64,000 bases of DNA, taken from an uncultured Gammaproteobacteria bacterium. Its GTDB lineage: Bacteria; Patescibacteriota; Patescibacteriia; Magasanikbacterales; GWA2-37-8. Both the position numbers and the translations under genes were made by a program. The stretch is taken from contig CAZEDL010000001.1 of assembly GCA_964510885.1 (NCBI GenBank), positions 312,982 through 376,981 on the forward strand. The letters are read 5' to 3'. The notes beneath the pieces were generated by a model. It was not told the DNA's origin. It ran no database searches and worked only from the letters and a program-made list of their open reading frames with translations. Shown here in pieces: positions 18,051-27,970 of this stretch (positions within the stretch are counted from its first letter, which is position 1; each line of letters begins with the position of its first letter).

Positions 18051-20612
18051 GTGGAATCCATTGTGTTATTTATCAACACGGTCGTTGCTGTCATACTGAG
18101 CAATCAGACCATCTTTTATGCCACCCTGGCCGGGCTTGGTTTTTTTGTGTTTGTGGCAGCGCTCTTTATTTTGCGAGCGGTGCTGCATGGGCGCAGTAAA
18201 ACCAGCCGGGCCTTCCACAAAACAATTCTACTGATCCGCGTGCCGAAAGAAAAAAAGAACGAGCGGCATGACAATGGTGGCGGAAATGAAGATACTATCA
18301 ACCAAACCCGCGAACATATTGCAGTGGCTGAAACACTCTTTTCGTCGATTGCCGGGCTTAAGCCAGACCATGGATTTATCAAATGGCTCACCGGGCGGAA
18401 CGAGCACATAGCCTTTGAAATCGTGGCCAAAGACAGCAAGATCTCATTCTATGTAGCGGCGCCAGACAAAATGCGCAATCTTTTGGAGCAACAAGTTCAT
18501 GCCCAGTATCCGCATGCCGAGATTTCGGTCGAGACCGATTATAATATTTTTCATCCGAGCAGCCATATTGTGGGCGGATATTTATGGTTCAAGCACAAAT
18601 CCCCCTTCCCCTTTAAAACCTATAAAAAAATGGACAGTGACCCGTTGGTTGCGATTTTGAACCCACTCAGCAAGATCCTTGATGACGAAGGAGCAGTGGT
18701 GCAATTTATTGTGCGGCCGGCTGGTTCGCATTGGCGGCGCGAAGGCGTGCACATGATTCGCGATATTCGCCAGGGCCAAAAATTTGAATATGTGGCGCAA
18801 CGCGGTAGCTTTATGCGCAGCGTGCATAAATGGGGAAAAATTATTGCGCCGAAGCATCATGACCCATCTAAGCAAAGCAATCATGGCGAAAAGTATGTAC
18901 TGACGCAGATGGAAGAAGAAATGGTAAAAAGCATGGAAGAAAAGCTGAGCCACGGCGGGCTTGAGATCACGATCCGGCTGATTAGTTCAGCGGGGAGCAA
19001 AGAAAAAGCACAGCTGAACCTCGAGAATATTATCAACTCGTTCAGCCAATATAATATTTATCGCTACGGCAATTCATTTGGGGCCGCTATCCCCCGCCGG
19101 CAGACGGAGCTGATCCGCGATTCAATCTATCGCTGTTTTCGCGAAGGTTACCACATGGTGATGAATACCGAAGAAATGGCCGGCCTGTGGCATTTGCCGA
19201 TTCCCCATACGGAGACACCCCATATTAATTGGCTCGGAGCCCGCAAAGCACCACCGCCGGTGAATATGCCGAAAGATGGCATTGTGCTCGGGCGAGCAGT
19301 GTACCGCGGCGAAGAGACAATTGTGAAAATGAAACGTTCCGACCGGCGCCGTCATTTGTACGTGGTCGGTAAATCGGGTGGTGGTAAATCGGTATTTATT
19401 GAAAATCTGGCCGTGCAGGATGTGCAGAATGGCGAAGGCGTGTGTGTAATCGATCCACACGGTGATTTTGTGGAATATGTATTACAACATATCCCCAAAG
19501 AACGCGCCGACGACGTGATTTACTTTAATCCGGCCGATACGGAGCGGCCAATTGGGTTGAATATTTTGGAGGTGAAGACCGAAGAGCAAAAAGACTTTGC
19601 TACCCAGGAAATGATTGCGATCTTCTATAAAATGGTGACTGACCCATCGATGATCGGGCCGATGTTTGAACACCAGATGCGCAATGTGATGTTAACCCTC
19701 ATGAGCGACCTTGAAACGCCGGGCACGATCGCCGAGGTGCCGCGCATGTTTACCGATGATACGTTTGTGGCCAAATGGAAAAAGAAATTGAAAGATCCGG
19801 TGGTGCGCGCTTTTTGGGATAAAGAAATGGCCAAGACATCTGATTTCCATAAATCGGAAATGCTCGGATATTTGATCTCTAAAGTGGGTCGCTTTGTAGA
19901 AAACGAAATGATCCGCAATATTATTGGACAATCGCGATCGGGCTTTAATTTCCGCGAAGTGATGGACGGCAAAAAGATTTTGCTCGTTAACCTCGCTAAG
20001 GGTTTGGTGGGTGAAATCAATGCCAACTTGCTTGGTATGATTATTGTAAGCAAGCTCCAAATGGCGGCGCTCGAACGCGCGGCCTTGCCCGAAGAAGAAC
20101 GGCATGACTTTTTCCTGTATATCGATGAGTTTCAGAACTTTATTACCGATTCGATCGCCACGATTTTGTCGGAAGCACGCAAGTATCGCCTGGAACTTAT
20201 TATTGCGCATCAATACTTAAATCAATTGGTGGATAATAAAGGCAAGAACACCGTGCGTGATGCCGTGCTTGGTAATGCCGGTACGATCGTGACGTTCCGT
20301 ATTGGCACGGAAGATGCGGATATTTTGGCCAAAGAATTTGCGCCGGTGTTTGGGGCGTATGATCTGATTAATGTGGAGCAGTTTACTGCCTATATCAAAT
20401 TATTGATCGACAATACAGCTGCCAAACCATTTAACATGCTGACGTATCCACCGAAGCATGGGAACAAAGAATTAGCGGCGGCGATCAAAGAATTATCACG
20501 CCTTAAATATGGCCGGCCGCGCGAAATTGTGACGGCGGAAATTCTGGAACGGTCGGCTTTGGCCTCGGTGGCGAAACTGGATGATATGGATTTGAGTGAG
20601 GCGACGTTGTAA
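18051..20612 (+). CDS. VirD4/TraG-like (HerA/FtsK superfamily) membrane-anchored ATPase
   Basis: N-terminal TM, RRRHLYVVGKSGGGKS Walker A, IDPHGD, LYIDEFQ Walker B, ILSEARKY, AHQY. Confidence 0.88.
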   Translation: MESIVLFINTVVAVILSNQTIFYATLAGLGFFVFVAALFILRAVLHGRSKTSRAFHKTILLIRVPKEKKNERHDNGGGNEDTINQTREHIAVAETLFSSIAGLKPDHGFIKWLTGRNEHIAFEIVAKDSKISFYVAAPDKMRNLLEQQVHAQYPHAEISVETDYNIFHPSSHIVGGYLWFKHKSPFPFKTYKKMDSDPLVAILNPLSKILDDEGAVVQFIVRPAGSHWRREGVHMIRDIRQGQKFEYVAQRGSFMRSVHKWGKIIAPKHHDPSKQSNHGEKYVLTQMEEEMVKSMEEKLSHGGLEITIRLISSAGSKEKAQLNLENIINSFSQYNIYRYGNSFGAAIPRRQTELIRDSIYRCFREGYHMVMNTEEMAGLWHLPIPHTETPHINWLGARKAPPPVNMPKDGIVLGRAVYRGEETIVKMKRSDRRRHLYVVGKSGGGKSVFIENLAVQDVQNGEGVCVIDPHGDFVEYVLQHIPKERADDVIYFNPADTERPIGLNILEVKTEEQKDFATQEMIAIFYKMVTDPSMIGPMFEHQMRNVMLTLMSDLETPGTIAEVPRMFTDDTFVAKWKKKLKDPVVRAFWDKEMAKTSDFHKSEMLGYLISKVGRFVENEMIRNIIGQSRSGFNFREVMDGKKILLVNLAKGLVGEINANLLGMIIVSKLQMAALERAALPEEERHDFFLYIDEFQNFITDSIATILSEARKYRLELIIAHQYLNQLVDNKGKNTVRDAVLGNAGTIVTFRIGTEDADILAKEFAPVFGAYDLINVEQFTAYIKLLIDNTAAKPFNMLTYPPKHGNKELAAAIKELSRLKYGRPREIVTAEILERSALASVAKLDDMDLSEATL

Positions 20613-20721
20613 TCGAGTGTTACATTAAAAAACACCAATTCCTTAGGCTTTTTGCTCCACTTGAAAAATCCCTCCCGTTCTTTTATTCTTACTTAGTTGA
20701 ACTTGTTAGATAAGTCAGCCT

Positions 20722-22365
20722 ATGACCACTCTTTATCGAAAATACCGCCCGGGCGTGTTCGCCGATGTGATTGGCCAGGAACATATCCTTAAAACTCTGC
20801 AAAACGAAGTTATCCTCGGCCAGATTGCCCACAGCTACCTATTTTTTGGCCCACGCGGCACGGGTAAGACAACGATGGCTCGCCTGATTAGCAAAGCCCT
20901 TAACTGCACCGGTCGAAAAGACAAGAGTGCCGAACCCTGCAATGCTTGCGGAAGCTGCACCAGCCTGATTCAAAACCGCTCCCTCGATGTGATTGAAATT
21001 GACGCCGCTTCGCAGACTGGCGTCGATAACGTGCGCGAAAATATCATCGAAAATGCCGAGCTGCAGCCCACCACTAGTCGCTATAAAATCTTCATTATCG
21101 ATGAAGTGCACATGTTGTCGACCAGTGCGTTTAATGCGCTACTCAAGACACTCGAAGAGCCGCCAGCCCATACTATCTTTATTTTGGCAACGACTGAACT
21201 TCACAAACTTCCGGCCACCGTTATTTCGCGTTGCCAACGGTTTCACTTTCAAAAAATCCCGGCTGATTTGATGCGCGAGCGGCTTAAGAAAATTCTGAGC
21301 GAAGAAAAAGTAGCTGTAGAAGATGAAGTACTACGCCGGATTATCCGGCAAAGCGAAGGTTGTTTACGCGATGCCGAGAGCCTACTTGGTCAAATCTTGT
21401 CGCTCGGCGGCACCACTATTACGGTGGCTGACGCCGCTGCAGTGTTGCCGTTGTCGGATACTGGCCTACTCCTTGGCTATCTTGATCATATTATTAAAAA
21501 AGATGCACCCGGCGCCCTGACTGATATTACTAAGCTCCTCGAAACCGGTGGAAACTTAGACCGTTTTTTTGTTAATTTAATTGAGATGCTCCGGGCAATA
21601 CTGCTGATTCAGGCCGCCCCCGAGCAGCTCGAGTCATTGCACCTTGATTACAGCGGTGATGATCTTGCCCACCTTAAAGAACTCTCAGTGCTCGTAACTG
21701 AGGCTGAAGTAGTGACTGTCATCGAATTAGCGCTTAAACGTCGGCTGGAAATCCGGACCGCTCCCCTGCCCCAATTACCACTCGAACTCTTAACTATTGA
21801 ATGGACCTGCCGTGGGCAGATGGCAGCCAGGCCGACAACAACTCCTACTCAGGGCACCAAACAACCTATGGCTCCCGCACCTGCCAAGGCTGCACCTGCT
21901 CTGGCCCCAGTAAAAACGACTGCCCAGATTACCGAGTCCCCTATTTCACCTACAGCACCGACCCTAGAACCGGCTACCTTTACCGATTCCATAAAAACGG
22001 CCTTATCCTCTATCACCGGGCATAAGTGCCATACGAGTCTCGCGGATATTTCGGCGCGCTGGAATGAAGTAACCAGTCAATTAACTGCCTCTAACCCATC
22101 GATTACGTTTATTCTGAAGATGAGCACGCTCGTCGCTGCGACCGAAGAGGGTCTCAGTATCACGGTGCCGTTTGCCCTGCATCAGGAAAAATTAATGGAA
22201 GCCAAGAATCGCAAACTGATTGAGCAAGCACTGTATACGGTGTTTAATGACCGTATAATTTTGCATTGTAGCACGGTTCCAGCCGCTGAAAGCGCGCCAG
22301 GGCCGTCGGAGGCGGCCACAATCACGAATTTAGCGGCGGAATTTGGCGGCGAGGTGGTGGGCTAA
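20722..22365 (+). CDS. dnaX: DNA polymerase III subunit gamma/tau
   Basis: LYRKYRP, GPRGTGKTT, zinc cysteines, EIDAAS, IIDEVHML, SRC. Confidence 0.97.
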   Translation: MTTLYRKYRPGVFADVIGQEHILKTLQNEVILGQIAHSYLFFGPRGTGKTTMARLISKALNCTGRKDKSAEPCNACGSCTSLIQNRSLDVIEIDAASQTGVDNVRENIIENAELQPTTSRYKIFIIDEVHMLSTSAFNALLKTLEEPPAHTIFILATTELHKLPATVISRCQRFHFQKIPADLMRERLKKILSEEKVAVEDEVLRRIIRQSEGCLRDAESLLGQILSLGGTTITVADAAAVLPLSDTGLLLGYLDHIIKKDAPGALTDITKLLETGGNLDRFFVNLIEMLRAILLIQAAPEQLESLHLDYSGDDLAHLKELSVLVTEAEVVTVIELALKRRLEIRTAPLPQLPLELLTIEWTCRGQMAARPTTTPTQGTKQPMAPAPAKAAPALAPVKTTAQITESPISPTAPTLEPATFTDSIKTALSSITGHKCHTSLADISARWNEVTSQLTASNPSITFILKMSTLVAATEEGLSITVPFALHQEKLMEAKNRKLIEQALYTVFNDRIILHCSTVPAAESAPGPSEAATITNLAAEFGGEVVG

Positions 22366-22368
22366 GGC

Positions 22369-22396
22369 TTGACTTTTTGGCTAGGAATGCTACAAT
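22369..22396 (+). promoter_or_regulatory. Sigma70-type promoter for tRNA-Gln
   Basis: TTGACT-16nt-TACAAT with an extended -10 TG. Confidence 0.6.
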
Positions 22397-22443
22397 CTGG
22401 TCACTCAAAAAAAGCTCGTGAGCAGCAGCGGGCGACTATATTT

Positions 22444-22514
22444 TCGGAGATCGTCTAATGGTAGGACCGCAGACTCTGAATCTGCGTATCTAGGTTCGAA
22501 TCCTAGTCTCCGAG
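22444..22514 (+). tRNA. tRNA-Gln(CTG)
   Basis: Acceptor TCGGAGA/TCTCCGA, anticodon arm GCAGA-CTCTGAA-TCTGC, T arm CTAGG-TTCGAAT-CCTAG. CCA is not encoded. Confidence 0.96.
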
Positions 22515-22526
22515 CAAAGCAGAATA

Positions 22527-22552
22527 AACAGGATAAAGGTCCTGTTTTTTAT
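22527..22552 (+). terminator. Intrinsic terminator after the tRNA
   Basis: AAACAGGA-TAAAGG-TCCTGTTTTTT. Confidence 0.7.
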
Positions 22553-22694
22553 TTTAGTTTTTGATATTTTATAAAATAAAAAACAGGCTCTCCCTTTGCT
22601 TCTATTTTTTAGAAACAACGGGAGATGAAGCCTGCTTTGTGCGACACCTCAAACGATACGGTGCCGCTGAAATGCACAAGTGTTGCGGGGTGCG

Positions 22695-22991
22695 CTAGAG
22701 CCCGTACCACCACGCGCGGAAATTGCCAATGTGACGCGAGAACCAGGTGGGCGGGAGAACCTCCCACCAACCATTCCCTACAATCTCGTTGCAGAGCTGT
22801 TCTGGCGTCCAGGTGAAATAATCGTCCGCATTCCGAGGGTTTCGTGCGCATATGTTCACGCCACTCCAGCTGGAGTAGAGGACCAACACGTCACCCTTTT
22901 TGAGTTTGAGTTGCGCAACCGGCCCCTCGCCCTGCGCCTTGAGCCGGCTGCCTGACACCAGATTGTTGTCATTCGAAGGAAAACTGCTCAT
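22695..22991 (-). CDS. Orphan hypothetical protein
   Basis: 98 aa, SD AAGGAG before ATG, upstream TTGACA at ~23110 on the minus strand. Confidence 0.55.
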   Translation of the reverse strand: MSSFPSNDNNLVSGSRLKAQGEGPVAQLKLKKGDVLVLYSSWSGVNICARNPRNADDYFTWTPEQLCNEIVGNGWWEVLPPTWFSRHIGNFRAWWYGL

Positions 22992-23391
22992 GGGGTCTCC
23001 TTAACCACTGTCCAACATGGACATGATCTTAGCCGCCTAAACGGCCATAATCATAGCTATGTTAAGCTTATAAAGCTAAATAGCTTCCCATAAAATACGC
23101 TTTTTGTCAATACTTAATGTATTTAATTTTAACTGATTCAACTTCTGCTTTCGTTGAGTTTTGTTTGCTTACATGCTAGCAATTCTCTCAGCTATTTTAA
23201 GACTACTTAAATGGTTAATGAGCCTATAAAATGAACACGCAAGGACAGTGACCCAAAACACCCCATCATACATGACGCTGCACACGCACTTTGACATTTT
23301 TTTGCAAGGGCAACCTGATATCAACCTTACTCTTTCCTGATTTAGCTAAGTGTACTATAGTAAGACAATCCTGCTTTTTACGTCATAAGAT

Positions 23392-23892
23392 ATGACAGAA
23401 GACGCCGAAAAAATGTTTCTCGAGTGGTATGACCAGTATGCCGACGCCCTCTATCGGCATGCTTTTTTTCGCCTGTTTTCCGCCCCTCGGGCCGAAGAAT
23501 TGGTGCAAGAGACGTTTATGAAGACCTGGGAGTACCTGAAAAAAGGCAAAACAATTGATCAGCCGCGTGCCTTTTTATACCGCTTGCTGACCAATTTGAT
23601 CATCGATGACACTCGAAAGAAGAAGACGCTTAGCCTCGAAGGGATGGGCACGGAAACCGAACCATTTGATCCGCCCGATAACCAGCATCTGAAAATGGAG
23701 CAGGCGGTGCTTGGCAGCCAATTGGTTGAAGCGATGGTTGATCTGACCGAAGAAGACCGAGCCATTATTACGCTCCGGTATATGAATGATCTTGAACCCA
23801 AAGAAATTGCCGACATCATCGGCAGTTCGGCTAATGTGGTGTCGGTGCGCATTCATCGGGCCTTAAAAAAATTAAAACACTTAGTTAGTTAA
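23392..23892 (+). CDS. ECF RNA polymerase sigma factor
   Basis: Region 2 AEELVQETFMKTW...FLYRLLTNLIID; region 4 PKEIADIIG...VSVRIHRALKKL. Confidence 0.93.
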   Translation: MTEDAEKMFLEWYDQYADALYRHAFFRLFSAPRAEELVQETFMKTWEYLKKGKTIDQPRAFLYRLLTNLIIDDTRKKKTLSLEGMGTETEPFDPPDNQHLKMEQAVLGSQLVEAMVDLTEEDRAIITLRYMNDLEPKEIADIIGSSANVVSVRIHRALKKLKHLVS

Positions 23893-23961
23893 TATACTCT
23901 GGCACACTTTTATCGCAGGGCAGCACCGGTGCAAAATGTGCGGCAGTGTATTAGTTATAAT

Positions 23962-25077
23962 ATGGAATCTTTTATCAAAAAAACCAATGAATTTAAAGAT
24001 ACGATCCGCTTTGACCCCGGGCGTAAGCAGGCGCTCAGAGACCGGCTCCTTAGCCATGCCAAAACTCATCCGGTGACACCGACCTGGTATGGACGACTCC
24101 TGGCACGAGCGCCTGTTTCAGGGAGTAGAACTCCCCTATTCATGATGCGGGCCGCGGCTCTGGCTAGCCTAGTGATAATTTTAACTGGTACCGGAGTGAC
24201 GCTGGCGGCCGAACAATCATTGCCAGGAGATCTGTTATACCCGGTAAAAATTCATGTCACCGAAGAGGCCCGGGCCGGGCTAATCTTATCTCCCCGCGCG
24301 TCAGCAGCCTGGCAGGTGAAACGGGCAGAGCGACGGGTGGGTGAAGCTAACGAACTGTTGAAACGAGGCACATTGTCTACTCAAACTGAAGCCAGGCTCA
24401 AGACACATTTTCATACTGATGCCGGTGCCGCTGAACAAAAGATTAATCAACTGAAGGCGAGTGGTGATATTAGCGGAGCGGCGGCAGCTGCGCGTGAACT
24501 TGAAGCGGTCCTTGAAGCTAGCCTTAAAACGCCGCGACGATTGTTTGAACCAGTGAATGATGGAGACACGGGAGAGCCGCTGACTACCGAAGAGCGTAAA
24601 GCCATACGGACTAGTCAACGAGCTGAGCTGGGGCGCATCAGTCGCTTGCGCGTATCTCTCGATAGTGAGATTGCTCATGAGGCCAATAGTGATCCGGCGC
24701 GAGCCAGCCTGAATAATGCAGAACTCAAACTTACAGCAGCTCTTAATATCGTTAATTCCACTCAAGGCTATATTGACGAACTGAAAAGCAGCGGGCGCCT
24801 GCGCAGCAGTTTTTCGGCTACCATAAAACTTGATCTGGCCCGGGAGTTGATCGCCGAAGGGCACGAACAATTGGCAGCGGAGGTGCCAGAAGAAGCCTTG
24901 CGACTGGCACTGCAAGCCCAAAAAATAGCGACCGAGGCGAACGAATTGGTGTTGGCTATGATTGATAAAGCTACTACCGAACCGCCATCTCACAATACCA
25001 CGTCTTCTCCAGCTGTAGAGGCTACCTCCACCGTAACAGTGCCGGCGGCAGAGATACAATTAGAAGTACGTTTTTAA
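23962..25077 (+). CDS. Putative anti-sigma factor (DUF5667-like)
   Basis: Follows the ECF sigma; single TM then AAEQSLPGDLLYPVK motif and a helical extracytoplasmic part. Confidence 0.7.
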   Translation: MESFIKKTNEFKDTIRFDPGRKQALRDRLLSHAKTHPVTPTWYGRLLARAPVSGSRTPLFMMRAAALASLVIILTGTGVTLAAEQSLPGDLLYPVKIHVTEEARAGLILSPRASAAWQVKRAERRVGEANELLKRGTLSTQTEARLKTHFHTDAGAAEQKINQLKASGDISGAAAAARELEAVLEASLKTPRRLFEPVNDGDTGEPLTTEERKAIRTSQRAELGRISRLRVSLDSEIAHEANSDPARASLNNAELKLTAALNIVNSTQGYIDELKSSGRLRSSFSATIKLDLARELIAEGHEQLAAEVPEEALRLALQAQKIATEANELVLAMIDKATTEPPSHNTTSSPAVEATSTVTVPAAEIQLEVRF

Positions 25078-25108
25078 GGTTACCATTTATTTTTAATTAT
25101 TTACTGGT

Positions 25109-25639
25109 ATGCGTCTTTCAATTCTTGGCCTTGGTTTACTCTCTGGAATACTACTCATTGGTGCAGGCTGTGGCCAGACACCAGATACTGCACCGCTCTC
25201 TAGCGAAGCAGATCCACCGGAAATTACTAGCCCGGTCAGCACCCCCGAAGTGGCGGCTTCCGATACCATACACGACGGCACTGATACGTTGGCTATCAAT
25301 GCCCTCATCTCTCCCGGGGTAATGAACGTGAAAACTCCAGCCGGCAAAACGGAGCAGGTGCCGACTAAAAATTATACGGCAGCCATGGCAACATATGGCA
25401 CCAATGGGGCCCGTTTCCAGTTTGTGGGCTGTTCGGCTACTCCAGGCACGATGAGCCTGAAGCGCGGCATCAGCTTCATGCTTGATAACCGGAATGCTGA
25501 AGCCCACACGATCGCTATCGGTCAGGCCAGCTACCGCCTTAAGGGTTATGATTATGCCATAGTCACCGTGCAGAAGGCTGGGGTATACCCCATCACCTGC
25601 GATGGCGGCGGCAGCGGACAATTGTCGGTAGAAGGCTAG
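25109..25639 (+). CDS. Lipoprotein with small beta-sandwich (cupredoxin-like) C-terminus
   Basis: Lipobox LIGAGC; C-terminal GVYPITCD. Confidence 0.7.
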   Translation: MRLSILGLGLLSGILLIGAGCGQTPDTAPLSSEADPPEITSPVSTPEVAASDTIHDGTDTLAINALISPGVMNVKTPAGKTEQVPTKNYTAAMATYGTNGARFQFVGCSATPGTMSLKRGISFMLDNRNAEAHTIAIGQASYRLKGYDYAIVTVQKAGVYPITCDGGGSGQLSVEG

Positions 25640-25662
25640 CCATAGCCAAACTTCACCTTTTG

Positions 25663-25697
25663 GCCCGCCTATGTTAGGATAGGTGGGCTTTTATTTT
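25663..25697 (+). terminator. Intrinsic terminator
   Basis: GCCCGCCTAT-GTTAGG-ATAGGTGGGC followed by TTTTATTTT. Confidence 0.65.
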
Positions 25698-25700
25698 ACT

Positions 25701-26576
25701 ATGAGACAGTTAATTGATGGCAAACAAATTGCAGCGGCTATTTTAAAGAGAGCTGCAGCCAAAGTGATAGATGTAAAGAAACAAGGTGTTGCTCCCAAAT
25801 TGGCGGTAGTGCTGGTTGGTGATGATCAGGCATCGGCCACCTATGTACGCAAGAAAGGTGAGGCCTGCGAGCAGATTGGGATTGATTTTTCATTACATAT
25901 CTTTCCGGCATCAATTACTACCACGGCCCTTAGCGCAGAAATTAAGGAGATTCAAAAAACCGGGTCGTTGTCTGGGTTGATTGTCCAGCTGCCACTACCA
26001 GAGCATCTATACACCCCGGAAGTATTGAATTCGGTAGATCCAGCAATTGATGTCGATTGCCTCACGGACGTTAATCTTGGTAAATTGGTAATGAAGACGA
26101 ATCAGCTTGTTCCCCCAACTCCGGGAGCCGTGATGAGTATTTTAGAAGAATTGGGTGTATCGGTAGAGGGAAAAAATGTGACGATTGTGGGCATGGGTGC
26201 ACTGGTCGGAAAACCATTATCGATCATGATGATCAATGAAGGCGCGAGTGTCACTACTGTAAATAGTCGGACAAAAAATACCAAGGAAAAATGTTTGGGA
26301 GCAGATATTACTGTGACTGGAGTGGGTAAAAAAGATGTGCTTCGCGGTGATATGGTGAAAGAAGGTTCGGTGGTGATTGATACGGGCGTTGATTTTGTTG
26401 ATAGCAAGATGTACGGCGATGTGAATGTGCCTGAGGCTCTCGAAAAAGCGGCTTGGGTAACACCAACCCCGGGTGGAGTAGGGCCGATTACGGTAGCGAG
26501 ACTGCTATGGAATACGGTGCTGTGCGCAGAACATAACTCAAAGTTCAAAACGCAAAACTCAAAGCGGCATCTTTAA
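25701..26576 (+). CDS. folD: Methylene-THF dehydrogenase/cyclohydrolase
   Basis: LIDGK, YVRKK, VQLPLP, DVD, TPTPGGVGPIT. Confidence 0.96.
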   Translation: MRQLIDGKQIAAAILKRAAAKVIDVKKQGVAPKLAVVLVGDDQASATYVRKKGEACEQIGIDFSLHIFPASITTTALSAEIKEIQKTGSLSGLIVQLPLPEHLYTPEVLNSVDPAIDVDCLTDVNLGKLVMKTNQLVPPTPGAVMSILEELGVSVEGKNVTIVGMGALVGKPLSIMMINEGASVTTVNSRTKNTKEKCLGADITVTGVGKKDVLRGDMVKEGSVVIDTGVDFVDSKMYGDVNVPEALEKAAWVTPTPGGVGPITVARLLWNTVLCAEHNSKFKTQNSKRHL

Positions 26577-26637
26577 AACTAAAAATTTGTGTGATTTGAG
26601 TTGTAGTTTTGACTTTTGAATTTAGAGTTTTGGATTT
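26535..26637. repeat. 7-nt periodic inverted repeat (AACTCAA/AATTCAA-type units), empty, between folD and purA
   Basis: Left arm AACTCAAAGTTCAAAACGCAAAACTCAAAG; right arm TTTGAGTTGTAGTTTTGACTTTTGAATTTAGAGTTTTGGATTT ends at the purA ATG. Confidence 0.7.
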
Positions 26638-27951
26638 ATGAAAAATGAATCTATGAATTCGCAAATTACCATTGTAGTCGGCGCCCAATGGGGAGATGAA
26701 GGCAAGGGGAAGATTACCGATTATTTTGCGCGCGAAGCAGACTATGTCGTACGGTATCAGGGAGGGAATAATGCTGGCCATACGCTGGTCGTAAACAACC
26801 ATACCTACAAACTACACCTGATGCCCTCAGGTGTTTTGTATTCACATATTATTTCGGTGATTGGGAATGGCGTGCTGGTTGATCCGAAGGTACTCCTCAG
26901 TGAAATTGATGGTCTCAAAAAACAAGGAATCAATCCCCGGCTCAAGATTAGTCAGCGGGCCCATGTGATCATGCCGTATCATATTGCCATGGATGAAGGG
27001 CTATCTAAGCATCAGGGAGAGTTGGCAGCGGGCAGCACCAAGCGCGGGATTGCACCGGTGGCGGCGGATAAAATGTATCGGCACGGTATTCGGGTGGGCG
27101 ATCTCATTGATCCAGAATTATTCAAAGAAAAATTAAGCAGTAGCTATGATTTTAACGTGGGGATTGTTACCAAAGTGTTTGGACTCCCCTACTCTACTTC
27201 TTTGGAAGAGATCTATTCTGAATATCTAGAGTATGGAAAAAAGTTAGCAGAATATATTGGAGACACCGAAGTTGATTTGTACCGGGCGTATCGGGATGGT
27301 AAAAAAATTCTGTTTGAAGGGGCGCAAGGCATGTCGCTCGATCCGGATCATGGGATGTACCCACATACCACCAGCACGAATAATGTCGCTGGGTATATCG
27401 AAGTAGGCAGCGGGGTAGGATTTAATTGTCAGAAAAAAATTATCGGGGTCGCGAAGGCGTATGTGAGTCGCGTGGGTACGAGCCCATTCCCGACCGAGTT
27501 ACTCGGCGACGCGGGTGATGAACTCCGAAACAAAGGAAATGAGTTTGGCACGACCACCGGTCGGCCGCGACGCGTGGGTTGGCTCGATTTGGTGCAGCTA
27601 CGACAAACGGTGCGGGTGAGTGGACTCACTGATTTGGCCATTACGAAGCTCGATATTTTGGCGGGATTCAAAGATGTGTATGTGTGTACCGCTTATGAAC
27701 TCGATGGAACGACTATGATCGAGATGCCAGCGAGCCTGAGTAAGATTCGAGCTCTAAAACCAGTTTATGAAAAAGTGTCAGGGTGGGAAGAAATGAGTAC
27801 GGAAAAAATTAGCGAGCTGATACATGATGGTTACGAGGCTTTGCCAGAAGCGATTAAAAAATATGTTGATTTTATTGAAAAAGAAATTAATTGCCGCATA
27901 TCATTAATATCACTAGGGCCAGATCGAACCCAAACAATTATACGCCAATAA
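26638..27951 (+). CDS. purA: Adenylosuccinate synthetase
   Basis: GAQWGDEGKGK, GGNNAGHT, EGAQG, GTTTGRPRR, TKLD. Confidence 0.98.
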   Translation: MKNESMNSQITIVVGAQWGDEGKGKITDYFAREADYVVRYQGGNNAGHTLVVNNHTYKLHLMPSGVLYSHIISVIGNGVLVDPKVLLSEIDGLKKQGINPRLKISQRAHVIMPYHIAMDEGLSKHQGELAAGSTKRGIAPVAADKMYRHGIRVGDLIDPELFKEKLSSSYDFNVGIVTKVFGLPYSTSLEEIYSEYLEYGKKLAEYIGDTEVDLYRAYRDGKKILFEGAQGMSLDPDHGMYPHTTSTNNVAGYIEVGSGVGFNCQKKIIGVAKAYVSRVGTSPFPTELLGDAGDELRNKGNEFGTTTGRPRRVGWLDLVQLRQTVRVSGLTDLAITKLDILAGFKDVYVCTAYELDGTTMIEMPASLSKIRALKPVYEKVSGWEEMSTEKISELIHDGYEALPEAIKKYVDFIEKEINCRISLISLGPDRTQTIIRQ

Positions 27952-27970
27952 ATTACTACTACTCATTTTT

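Noticed and set aside
18051-20612. Conjugative element
   Set aside because: No relaxase, VirB4 or integrase; the gene sits among housekeeping genes.
22444-25640. Genomic island integrated at tRNA-Gln
   Set aside because: No integrase, and I saw no duplicated tRNA 3' end in the window.
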